A stretch of 64,000 nucleotides of DNA from a virus (lineage: Duplodnaviria; Heunggongvirae; Uroviricota; Caudoviricetes): positions 34,516-98,515 of IMG/VR virus record IMGVR_UViG_3300028327_000833; one strand, given 5' to 3'. Each line of letters starts with the position of its first letter. Position 1 is the first letter of the stretch. The translations under genes and the position numbers were made by a program. The notes under the pieces were generated by a model. That model was not told where the DNA came from. It made no database searches and was given only the letters and a program-made list of their open reading frames with translations. Below, in pieces: positions 46,619-55,369 of this stretch.

Positions 46619-46950
46619 TGGACGAAATTAACGAGGTAAAATCCGGCCCGAACGACGCTCTCGGCTGCCGTTGCGCCAAGTGCAAATTCCGTGTCGCCGT
46701 TGACGGCGGCGGGTTGGAGTCGAACGACTACTGCTCGAACCCTGAAAACCAAAAAACAGGGCTCGGCGTGCTGACCACAGTTTGGCGGCAGACCAAGGAA
46801 TTGTACGAGCACAACATTCTGACGCATTCGGCGTCTAAGAGCATTGAAAACGCTATAAAAAGCGGTATAGACTATATTCAGGATTACGGCATTCCGCTGA
46901 ATACGCCTTACGGACAGCGGTGTTTCGTCGCGAAAGAGACGGTTGAATGA
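46619..46950 (+). CDS. hypothetical protein (110 aa)
   Basis: AGGAGG RBS before ATG 46619. Confidence 0.35.
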
Positions 46951-47219
46951 GCGATTACATAAAATTGGACGTCCGAATTAACGGGACATGCAAAGCCGCG
47001 ACGTCCGACGAGGTCGGGTCATGCGACGGTTTCCGCGAAGGCCGAAGCGACGGAGGCAAACGCAGGTGCGCACACCGTCGCAACAACGGCGTCTATTGGA
47101 CGTGCGACCGGTACGCGCCGCTGATAGATTCGGCGAAGGACTATCTTGAACGTCTTTTCAAGCAATATCCGCCGAATAAGGATGGAGCGTCGGATCGCGT
47201 CTTCGAAAACTATAAATAA
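46947..47219 (+). CDS. hypothetical protein (90 aa)
   Basis: ATGA overlap. Confidence 0.35.
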   Translation: MSDYIKLDVRINGTCKAATSDEVGSCDGFREGRSDGGKRRCAHRRNNGVYWTCDRYAPLIDSAKDYLERLFKQYPPNKDGASDRVFENYK

Positions 47220-47250
47220 ATTTTGACGGCGAAAGGCGTACTGTAGTAGG
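47214..47250 (+). promoter_or_regulatory. conserved intergenic motif copy 8
   Basis: core at 47236-47249. Confidence 0.55.
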
Positions 47251-47373
47251 GGGAGCCGTGCAGGACGGGCGAAGTCAGGAACGGAGCGGTCTTTGACAAT
47301 GCGGGGGTTCAGCAGCGCGCGGCGGATCCATGCTGTTCGGGGCCAGCTACCCTACCCCCGCAGGTTTTTTTTT
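47250..47373 (+). ncRNA. candidate ~120-nt small RNA: promoter motif upstream, closing stem GCGGGGG(47301-07)/CCCCCGC(47355-61), then T9 (47365-47373)
   Basis: no coding ORF in the segment; long-range stem plus U tract typical of an sRNA 3' end. Confidence 0.35.
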
Positions 47374-47592
47374 GCAGATGTTTAATGCGTTGAAATATGC
47401 CCTGATGCGCAGTCGAGGAGTTCCTCCTGATAAGAGCGAGGCAGCGGGTTCGACTCCCGCCGTCCAACGGCGAAAGCCTGCGGTTAGTAGCTCAACGGCA
47501 GAGCGCGATACTCTTTGACGCATTTCTCAGGGCTACTTTATTTTTGAGACATTAAGGCTGCGATGTGAGTTATTGGTTACTTCTATTCGATT

Positions 47593-47662
47593 GCGGATAT
47601 AGCTTAACGGTAAAGCGCCCGATTTATAGTCGGGAGATGAGGGTTCAAATCCCTATAGCCTA
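47593..47662 (+). tRNA. tRNA-Ile(TAT)-like: clean D arm, anticodon arm CCCGA-TTTATAG-TCGGG and T arm, but acceptor ends do not pair
   Basis: partial cloverleaf. Confidence 0.35.
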
Positions 47663-47979
47663 TAACGCTTTTCACGCAGCCTTATCTCTCTTAGGGAGGC
47701 GCGGCGATGTGGTCTAAAATATTTTCCGTGCTTTCGGTTACAACTTGCGTTTGTTTTATGTTCGCCATTAAATACCATGCGGCTAACGCCGTTTGCGTCG
47801 GCTTAAGCATAGTAAGCACGGTCAGCAGTGCCTTGAGCCTATTATTATTATTAGGCGCGGAATGCCTCTCTAGCGATATTGACGGTGCGCCTGAACCTAA
47901 ACGCGCAAAGAGCCTGAAAAATTGCCGGATTTGTGCGCCTATACTGAAATGCTGTCGTAGCGTAACAAGGAGCCTCAAA

Positions 47980-49560
47980 ATGGCTAAGTTCAACAAATTG
48001 ACGGAGCCGCCGGTTAAAACCGCCAACCTGCAGGGATTCCCGGCCTACAAGCTGAACGACGAAGCGACCCTGACGTCCCAGGCGTTTACCACTTTCTTCG
48101 GCGAGCCTAAGTTCTACAAATCAGGCGGCGATGCGGACGGCCTCGTCAAGCTCGCCGCGGCCGTCGCGCAAAAGGATCCTGAATATGTCGCGAATCTCGC
48201 GGTATATGCGCGAACCGTCTTCAATATGCGTTCGGTTTCGCATGCCCTTACCGCGATTCTCGCGAAACTATATCGACTTAAGGCTCTCGACAGAGATTAC
48301 GGCAATCAGCGGGGACTTGTCCGCCGCCTCGTGAATAATGTCGTAATCCGGCCCGACGACATGACCGAAATTATAGCGTGTTATATCGGGATGTTCGGGA
48401 AACCGTTGCCTCAGAGCTTGAAGCGCGGCGTAGCCGACTGTTTAAATCGAACCGATTCCTACGGTATGGCCAAATATAAGGGGAACGGTCACGAGGTCAA
48501 GATGAAAGACCTAATCAACCTCTGCCACCCCAAACCTAAAGACAGGGAGCAGGAAGCCTTGTTCAAGCGTTGCCTTGAGGACAAGCTGGAGACCCCCGTG
48601 ACTTGGGAGACCGAGCTTTCGGCGAAGGGGAACAAGAAGGAAGTTTGGGAAAACCTAATCGAGGGTAAGCACCTTGGCGGGATGGCCTGTCTGAGGAATC
48701 TGCGCAATATTCTACAGGCCGGGGTTTCCGAAGCTCACCTTAACGAAGTTATATACAAAATATCGAATAAAGCGGATGTCTTGAAGAGCCGTCAGCTTCC
48801 GTTCCGCTACTTGTCGGCATACAAGGAACTGCAGGACGTCCCGGAAGCCGGCTCCAAGGTTTTCGACGCACTTGAAACCGCGCTGGAGCACAGCGTCGAT
48901 AATCTGCCTAAGTTCGACGGGCGGACGGCCGTGATCGCGGATGTGTCAGGTTCGATGGACGCGCCCGTCAGCAAAAAAAGCAAAATGACTTGCTCGGAAA
49001 TCGGTTTGCTGTTAGGAAGCATAGCCGCCAAGTTATCGCCCGACACCGTATTCTTGACTTTCGATTCTGAAGTTTACCCGCAATCGGTGTCCGCCAAGGG
49101 CAGGATTCTGAGCCAGGTCAAGAGTATTCAGGGACTGTTCGGCGGCGGCACGGCTGTCTACAAACCTATGGAATACCTTTTAACTAAAAAGATAAAGGTT
49201 GACAGAATTATTTTGCTGTCAGACAATGAGGCGAACGTGTTCAGCGCCGAATACTATTACAACAAGTTGCCGTTCGAGACGTTCTGTGACAGAGCGCCGA
49301 AAGGCGCTGCCGCGCAAGCGGTCGTGAACTCGTACCGCAAGAATGTGAACCCCGACGTTTGGGTGCACGCCGTCGATTTGCAGGGGTACGGAACCGTGCA
49401 GTTCAATCCGCACGACAATCGCGTGAACTATATTGCCGGTTGGTCGGAGAAACTGTTGCAGTTTATACAATACGCGGAAGCCGGAGTCACGACGCTCGTA
49501 AAGACCGTGCGCGATTTCAAAATCGACCGGGCCGGGCGCGAGGAAGCGGAAGCGGCGTAA
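47980..49560 (+). CDS. rsr: Ro60/Rsr orthologue (TROVE domain + C-terminal vWA)
   Basis: N-terminal FTTFFGEPKFYKSGGD resembles the Ro60 FLCFGSEGGTYY block; C-terminal MIDAS DVSGSMD; 526 aa from ATG 47980 (RBS AAGGAG). Confidence 0.7.
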   Translation: MAKFNKLTEPPVKTANLQGFPAYKLNDEATLTSQAFTTFFGEPKFYKSGGDADGLVKLAAAVAQKDPEYVANLAVYARTVFNMRSVSHALTAILAKLYRLKALDRDYGNQRGLVRRLVNNVVIRPDDMTEIIACYIGMFGKPLPQSLKRGVADCLNRTDSYGMAKYKGNGHEVKMKDLINLCHPKPKDREQEALFKRCLEDKLETPVTWETELSAKGNKKEVWENLIEGKHLGGMACLRNLRNILQAGVSEAHLNEVIYKISNKADVLKSRQLPFRYLSAYKELQDVPEAGSKVFDALETALEHSVDNLPKFDGRTAVIADVSGSMDAPVSKKSKMTCSEIGLLLGSIAAKLSPDTVFLTFDSEVYPQSVSAKGRILSQVKSIQGLFGGGTAVYKPMEYLLTKKIKVDRIILLSDNEANVFSAEYYYNKLPFETFCDRAPKGAAAQAVVNSYRKNVNPDVWVHAVDLQGYGTVQFNPHDNRVNYIAGWSEKLLQFIQYAEAGVTTLVKTVRDFKIDRAGREEAEAA

Positions 49561-49868
49561 TTTTTAACACGACCGAGTAAGACTCTGCGGCTATCCAAAA
49601 TTATTCGAAAGAAGGTACTTATGGTGTGGCTGATATGTTTTTTACTGATGATGGTCTTAGTGGTTGCAATTTCTCGCATGTGAAGAATCGCAGGGCCGAT
49701 CGTTTAAGGCCGGCCGTAACAAGCCGTCTGAAGACGGCCGCTCCCCTGCCTCATTATAGACGGAGTCAAAGGTCGCGGTTAAATAACCCGTTTCGACAGC
49801 GGCGGGGGATTCGCGAGGGCCTGACATGCGCCTTTTCAGCCGAGTAAGCTCCGTCTTTTTTTTTACGC
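49561..49868 (+). ncRNA. candidate structured ncRNA (possible Y-RNA-like partner of Rsr) ending in U9
   Basis: nested complementarity: GCCGTC-TGAA-GACGGC; CCCCTGCC(49743-50)/GGCGGGGG(49801-08); GACGGAG(49760-66)/CTCCGTC(49848-54) followed by T9; the only ORF is a 73-aa low-complexity basic one. Confidence 0.3.
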
Positions 49869-49878
49869 CGACTGCAAC

Positions 49879-49951
49879 GCCTCGTTAGCCTAGCGGATCA
49901 GGCGGTAGCCTTCTAAGCTACATGAGAATGGTTCAACTCCATTACGGGGTG
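49879..49951 (+). tRNA. tRNA-Arg (anticodon TCT)
   Basis: acceptor GCCTCGT/ACGGGGT, D arm GCCT-AGCGGATC-AGGC, anticodon arm GTAGC-CTTCTAA-GCTAC, T arm AATGG-TTCAACT-CCATT. Confidence 0.65.
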
Positions 49952-49957
49952 TTTTCT

Positions 49958-50257
49958 ATGACTGTCGTATACGCGTTCCGTTATCTATGGGGCTTGCCGA
50001 TTATCGCCCCTTGCAAACATTGCAGGGTCTCCGTCAAAGTCTTCCGCAACGCGCGCAACCGCCCGTTCGACGCGTTCTATCTCTGCAACGCCGGCAACGA
50101 TAAGACGCAATGCAACGGAAACACGGGAGCGTCGCCCGAAGCGGCGGCGCCGTTCGCCGAACCCGAGCGTCCCGAAGACATGATCGCGAAACGCGGCGAC
50201 GCCAATCTCAACCAGGACGAAATCAGCGCCCTCTTCGCGAAGGCTAGTAAAACATGA
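49958..50257 (+). CDS. hypothetical Cys-containing protein (99 aa)
   Basis: ATG after tRNA; ATGA overlap with next gene. Confidence 0.35.
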   Translation: MTVVYAFRYLWGLPIIAPCKHCRVSVKVFRNARNRPFDAFYLCNAGNDKTQCNGNTGASPEAAAPFAEPERPEDMIAKRGDANLNQDEISALFAKASKT

Positions 50258-51006
50258 CCTGCCGAATCAAAAATATCGACGCTGTCGAAGGCATGTCGGA
50301 ACTCGCCGGCAAAAGCGTCGACATGATTTTCGTCGATCCTCCCTACGGCAAAACCGCCCTGAAATGGGACAATGTAATTCCGTTCGACCGTTTGTGGCCG
50401 CAATTCAACCGCATAATCAAGGACAACGGCGCAATCGCGATAACCTGCCGCCAGCCGTTCACATCCGCGTTAATTATGAGCAATCTGAAGATGTTCCGTC
50501 AGACTTGGGTCTGGGACAAGGTCATTGCTACGAATTTTATGAACGCCCGTAAAATGCACACGCAGGGATTCGAGGACGTCGCCGTCTTCTACAAGGAGCC
50601 GCCGACCTACAACCCGCAGATGGAACCGGGCGAGCCGTACAAAGACGGCAGATCGACTTCGCACAGGACTTCCACGGAAGCTCTATGCAGCCGGGCGAAG
50701 TACGTCGCGCAAGACAACAAGGGCGAGCGGTTTCCGCGAGGAATCGTACGAATATCCGCGCGAAACAATTCGCCCGTTCACCCGACGCAGAAACCCGTGG
50801 AATTGTGCGAATACTTCATCAGGACGTACACGAACGTAGGCGATACGGTGTTAGACTGCTGTATGGGCAGCGGAAGCATAGGCGTCGCCGCCTTGAATCT
50901 GGGCAGAAGTTTCATCGGCTTCGAGATCGACGAAGGCTACTTCAAAACCGCCGAAGGGCGGCTGAAGGCGGCGGGCGCGGAAACCGAGACCGCGCCTGTT
51001 ACGTAA
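50254..51006 (+). CDS. DNA N6-adenine/N4-cytosine methyltransferase (beta class, DPPY)
   Basis: motif IV IFVDPPYG precedes motif I LDCCMGSGSIGVAA. Confidence 0.75.
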   Translation: MTCRIKNIDAVEGMSELAGKSVDMIFVDPPYGKTALKWDNVIPFDRLWPQFNRIIKDNGAIAITCRQPFTSALIMSNLKMFRQTWVWDKVIATNFMNARKMHTQGFEDVAVFYKEPPTYNPQMEPGEPYKDGRSTSHRTSTEALCSRAKYVAQDNKGERFPRGIVRISARNNSPVHPTQKPVELCEYFIRTYTNVGDTVLDCCMGSGSIGVAALNLGRSFIGFEIDEGYFKTAEGRLKAAGAETETAPVT

Positions 51007-52168
51007 AAGAAGCGTATTGAATGAATAAGTAGACGTCGGTTACTCCCACTGTAATTTCGCTGCCGTCGGGTTTTTGCCCGGCAGACGGAACGATATGCGG
51101 GTCGTAAATAAATAAACGCAACCCGTCCGGTGACCCTTCTTGCAGTTTGGCTTTATATATCCATTTTGCAATACCCCAGCGGGGGTTAGAATGGCGAGGG
51201 CAGCCCATAGCCACGCTTACAATAGCCGTGTTTTTGCTGTCGAATATCGGCGGGACTTGAACAACTAACGGCCCGTTATTGTTTATTGCAAATGTTTCTT
51301 TACCGCCCGTTACCCCATTGTCTCCGCGCTCGAAACTACCGGAAATTGTCCCGCCCTTCTCCAGTCTCAAAGTTATCGAGTGGTATTGCACGTTTTGCAG
51401 CAAGTTTATGTTATTGCCGGACAGTTTGCAAGGGTCGTCGTTTTCTGGCGCGCTGCCGGGTTCTCCTGCTATAGCGTCGGCTATGGAGAGCAAGGACTTC
51501 ACCATTTGGCTTTCCCTTACGCCGTATTCCCATTCTTTGTTTTCGGAGGTCACGCCCCTGACGCCGTTATGATCCACCGTCGCGCGGTGATCCGGATTCC
51601 CTCCGCGCAACTGCAACCCGTCCGAGCTTATCCACACGCCGCTGGAGCCGCTGTCGCGGTTCAATCCTTTGCCGCCCGTAATCTCGAACTTCCGGCCCTG
51701 CACGCGGTCGGCGTCCAAACCCCACATGTCCGTGTTCGCGACCGCGCCGACGGTTCTGTCGGCGGCGTCGGGGAGGCTGGTTCCCCACACCTGCGCCACG
51801 TTTATGCCGAAATTTCCGTTCGTCTCGGTTCCGCCGTCAAGGAGGTTCTTCTGACGATACCCTATAACCTGATTGACGCGGTGCGCGATATGAGGGCCGT
51901 TTTCCGTCCCTATCAAAAGGGAACCGTTATTATAGTTTAATTTATCGCCGTCGGTCATAAGCGCCACGTTGCCGTAATTGCTTATGGCGTTTTCAACGTG
52001 TTTTCGAATAGAGGCGAAATTCTCGACCTTGAATTCCGCGCCGTCGAAGAAGCGGAAAACGACTTCGGCGGGATCGGGGGACAGCATCTCCTGCCACTTC
52101 GCCACAAGCTCCCGCATGTCGTAGTGGGAGTTCGCGAGAATGTTTAAAACATCGTCGAATGATTTCAT
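50999..52168 (-). CDS. putative tail fibre/receptor-binding protein 1
   Basis: N-terminal about 60 aa (ELVAKWQEML..FRFFDGAEF..NFA) paralogous to N-terminus of 52181-53797; Gly/Asn-rich C-terminus. Confidence 0.45.
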   Translation of the reverse strand: MKSFDDVLNILANSHYDMRELVAKWQEMLSPDPAEVVFRFFDGAEFKVENFASIRKHVENAISNYGNVALMTDGDKLNYNNGSLLIGTENGPHIAHRVNQVIGYRQKNLLDGGTETNGNFGINVAQVWGTSLPDAADRTVGAVANTDMWGLDADRVQGRKFEITGGKGLNRDSGSSGVWISSDGLQLRGGNPDHRATVDHNGVRGVTSENKEWEYGVRESQMVKSLLSIADAIAGEPGSAPENDDPCKLSGNNINLLQNVQYHSITLRLEKGGTISGSFERGDNGVTGGKETFAINNNGPLVVQVPPIFDSKNTAIVSVAMGCPRHSNPRWGIAKWIYKAKLQEGSPDGLRLFIYDPHIVPSAGQKPDGSEITVGVTDVYLFIQYASFT

Positions 52169-52180
52169 ATAGGTTCCTCG

Positions 52181-53797
52181 TCAGTCGTCGTTAATTAGCT
52201 CGGAATCGAGATTATCGGTGATAAAATGAAACATCCCGTTATATACCATAGGGGGTTCTAGAGCAGAAGGCAAACCGCTTCCGGTTAGGTGGACTCCGTA
52301 GATAACTTCCCATAGCGGCTGCCACACTCGACACACTTCGGCGCGACCGGTATCAGCTAAGATATTCGCGGACGGCGGATACAGTTGCCTAATCTGATGA
52401 GATGCAGCATCGCGTTCTGATGCGTTGCGCACCAGTTTCGCGAAACTACGACCTTGCGAACGCGTTTCATGGTCGTTGTCCCACACCCAAAACCTACGGC
52501 CCTTGCTATATTTACCGCCGTCTGTTTCGCCAGGCGCGGTAGGTCTGTATAAAAGCGATAAATCTTCCGCTCGATAGAGTTTATTGTCAGTGCCTTTTAC
52601 AACGTCTCCGGTATCAATCTCGGCTTTCTCGCTCCACAGCGGAACATTACGAAGTCGCTTAGAAGCTACGGCGTATAACTGACTCTCCGTAATATTAAAA
52701 TTTGCTACCAGCCCATTCGGTAATTTAAAACTTAAATATCCCCAATTTATCGCATTGAAATATGTCTGCGCCAATTTATGTCGCGGGTTGGTTGTTTTAC
52801 CATCGATAGTTTCAGAGTCGGCGGTAGTCTCTAAAGCATCTAATAAGTCTTTAGGGAAGGGGATAACAAAATCGTATATGCCGTTTAGCCACAGCTTATT
52901 AGGGTATACGGTGTTGAAGACATTTACATCCAGGGCTGTCAGATTTTCCCATTTAAAACCTAGCGCTGAGTTGGCATACGCCGCTAGAGGCTTTTCTTCC
53001 TTTTCCGTCAAGCGTCCTACAACCAACCTAGTAGACTCTACCGACTGATTGAATTTGATGTGATTGGCCGACATGGAAAAGATCCCGTTTTCGGAATTTC
53101 CCCACAGCGCGTCCGCACGGAGCGCCGCCGATCTCGTATGCCCGGCCGCGCTTCTAGACGCGTGAGTATTGAGATATAAGTACGGGCCTGATTTGTCCGT
53201 GCCAGTCCCGTCGTCAATGCTCCACACGGTATCGTACTCGGAATCTATAACTCTGTCCGAGCGATAGTTGATGCCGTTCTTGCTCACGGTCAAAGCGCCT
53301 CCCGACTTCGGTTTCATCGTGAGTCGCGGATCGCTGTCCGCGCCGCCTCTAGTGAGTTTGATAACCTCCGGGGCTCCTTCTCTGCCGCCTAACCCGTCCC
53401 CGTAAACGGTAAGCCCGTCCCAATTATGTCTTGCGCTGTATGCTTGAGCCTTACTGAACTCCCCGTCCGGGGCGTGTTTTATATCCGTCCAGCAAGGGTT
53501 TATTTCGGTTTTGCAGCGCCCGTCCTCCAATCCGACGTTCTTAGCGGTTATGCCGCCGCGCTCGTCTCTCAGCACCAGCGTGCCCGGATCGCTCGCGGCG
53601 CTCCACACGGTCATCTGTCCCAGCATTTTGGCGAAATTCGGAATAGTATACATGGATCCGTCGAAGAAATGAAACTCGACGCAACCGGGCTCGGTATTGA
53701 GCATCTCTTTCCACTTCGACACGAGTTCTTTCACGTCCTCTTGAGCCTCGGACATGAATTTAAGAGCGTTTTCCCACTGCTGAAACGGATGGTTCAT
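52181..53797 (-). CDS. putative tail fibre/receptor-binding protein 2
   Basis: N-terminus ELVSKWKEML..FHFFDGSMY..NFA shared with neighbour; start at ATG 53797 sharing a base with the upstream stop. Confidence 0.45.
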   Translation of the reverse strand: MNHPFQQWENALKFMSEAQEDVKELVSKWKEMLNTEPGCVEFHFFDGSMYTIPNFAKMLGQMTVWSAASDPGTLVLRDERGGITAKNVGLEDGRCKTEINPCWTDIKHAPDGEFSKAQAYSARHNWDGLTVYGDGLGGREGAPEVIKLTRGGADSDPRLTMKPKSGGALTVSKNGINYRSDRVIDSEYDTVWSIDDGTGTDKSGPYLYLNTHASRSAAGHTRSAALRADALWGNSENGIFSMSANHIKFNQSVESTRLVVGRLTEKEEKPLAAYANSALGFKWENLTALDVNVFNTVYPNKLWLNGIYDFVIPFPKDLLDALETTADSETIDGKTTNPRHKLAQTYFNAINWGYLSFKLPNGLVANFNITESQLYAVASKRLRNVPLWSEKAEIDTGDVVKGTDNKLYRAEDLSLLYRPTAPGETDGGKYSKGRRFWVWDNDHETRSQGRSFAKLVRNASERDAASHQIRQLYPPSANILADTGRAEVCRVWQPLWEVIYGVHLTGSGLPSALEPPMVYNGMFHFITDNLDSELINDD

Positions 53798-54981
53798 TAT
53801 GTCCCCCTGCCTATTTTGAATTCTTTCCAAATTGCGGAATTTGTGCCGGGTTCCGGGTTGGAAGCGGTCGAAGTCTTGCACCTGTAAAACAGTCTTCCGC
53901 GCCACACGACTATCCGGCCTCCCGGATAAAGCTTGCCGTCAAGGGTTCCGTCCCACGTGTCGATCAGGTTGATTATTTCGCGGCTTAAATGCACCCAAGA
54001 AATTACGGCCGTCGGATTGGACGTCCCGACCCACTCGACTTGAGCGTTGTTCGGATCGGGAAACCTTTTTAGGCTTTTTAAAAGCTGATTGCCGCTCCAA
54101 TTCGTACTGTTCACCATAATCCATAGGCGCCCGTCCTTCTTTACGACGTCGCCGCGGGAGTACGCTTTGTCCGCAACGAACTCCCCCTGCAGACTTTTAA
54201 CCGCCACCTCCGCTATCCGCTGTTCGTTTCTGGCCGCTCTCATGGCTTGGCTTATGTTTTCCAAATACGCCAGCTGAACTTCGGGGAAGCCGTGCGCGTC
54301 TTCGGGCGGCAGGTATATCGCGTCAGCCTGCTCTTCGCGCAGCTCTATGTCGAGCGTGTACTTGATCGCCGTCTGATTGTCCAGGCAAATCGGGTGCGCG
54401 CGCTTCGAGACGACGTAAAAAAGGAAAGGGTCGCCCTCTTCGCCCGGTATCGGATACCATCGCTGATGCGTAAGCGTCTGTTCGGCCGCCGGCCTCGGCA
54501 GCCGCAACCACGCCTCTCCGGCGGCCAACGCGGCTCCGTTGGCGGGTTTCAGGCTTCGGAACAGGCCGCCGTCCGCAGGATTTACGACGACGTCCCCGAA
54601 TCGGTACTGACGCCCCGAATCGTACTCTGGCGGGTTGTTCTGACAGATCTGCGCGTATATCCCGATTTCGTGAAACCGCTCGAAGCTGTCGTCCTTGACG
54701 GAATTTCTGTCGATCAGGATCGAAACCCGCGCGGCGAAATTTCCGTCGCCGTAGGAAGTCCCCGATACGTTGTTTATGGGGATCATTGAACCGTCCGACG
54801 GCTCTTCGCGCCCTTGCAGCCTCTCTAAATTTCTGAGGCTGTCGGGAGCGTCGGATGCGTCCGGGTATCCGTCTACGTTCGACAGTTTGGCCCCGCAAAG
54901 CATGAACCTTACGGTCGGGCGCAGATATGCGCGGTTGAACTCGCGCGAACCCTTGACGGTTATGAATCCTGGTTTGTCCAT
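53797..54981 (-). CDS. hypothetical structural protein (394 aa)
   Basis: ORF in tail module with GGAGG RBS. Confidence 0.4.
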   Translation of the reverse strand: MDKPGFITVKGSREFNRAYLRPTVRFMLCGAKLSNVDGYPDASDAPDSLRNLERLQGREEPSDGSMIPINNVSGTSYGDGNFAARVSILIDRNSVKDDSFERFHEIGIYAQICQNNPPEYDSGRQYRFGDVVVNPADGGLFRSLKPANGAALAAGEAWLRLPRPAAEQTLTHQRWYPIPGEEGDPFLFYVVSKRAHPICLDNQTAIKYTLDIELREEQADAIYLPPEDAHGFPEVQLAYLENISQAMRAARNEQRIAEVAVKSLQGEFVADKAYSRGDVVKKDGRLWIMVNSTNWSGNQLLKSLKRFPDPNNAQVEWVGTSNPTAVISWVHLSREIINLIDTWDGTLDGKLYPGGRIVVWRGRLFYRCKTSTASNPEPGTNSAIWKEFKIGRGT

Positions 54982-55364
54982 ACTACAGCCTCCGTTGAAA
55001 ATCTAGGACGCAGTTCCACGTCCCCGCGCGTCAAGTACAGCGTAAACCCGCCCCCTTCGCGGCCCGCCCCGTCTTTCGGGTCGGTTTCATCGACGGGTTC
55101 CCAGTCGGCGGGATTCCGGTGCGGAGGAACCGCGGGGTTCCGTCCGCTCAGGTTTCTGTAAAACAGTCCGTAACGCTTAAAACCGTCTTTTATCGTAATT
55201 CCCATGCCCATAGACAGGGTTTCGTCCCTAGGGGCGTCCGGGTCGTATACGTAATATCCGGCAGGATACTCCATATCGGGGAACCACTCGTTCGGAATCC
55301 CCGTCTTTATGAAACCGGGACGCCCGTTCCTGACGCGCGCGAGAATAAGTTCCGCGTCCGGCAT
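54960..55364 (-). CDS. hypothetical protein (134 aa)
   Basis: ORF. Confidence 0.35.
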   Translation of the reverse strand: MPDAELILARVRNGRPGFIKTGIPNEWFPDMEYPAGYYVYDPDAPRDETLSMGMGITIKDGFKRYGLFYRNLSGRNPAVPPHRNPADWEPVDETDPKDGAGREGGGFTLYLTRGDVELRPRFSTEAVVWTNQDS

Positions 55365-55369
55365 CCGCG

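Noticed and set aside
47593-47662. Calling all T-arm-containing elements in 42.3-47.7 kb as functional tRNAs
   Set aside because: Several (43309-43395, 45868-45912, 46218-46294, 47425-47470, 47593-47662) fail to give a paired acceptor stem or anticodon arm by hand folding. They are listed as tRNA-like and need tRNAscan-SE/ARAGORN.
49626-49847. 73-aa ORF inside the rsr-tRNA spacer
   Set aside because: Its translation is a low-complexity basic peptide, it has no RBS, and the region is dominated by RNA secondary structure ending in a U tract, so it is more plausibly an ncRNA.
54960-54985. Partial match (TACTACAG) to the reverse complement of the promoter core near 54970
   Set aside because: Only 8 of 14 nt match, and they coincide with the RBS/start of gene 53797-54981, so this is chance.
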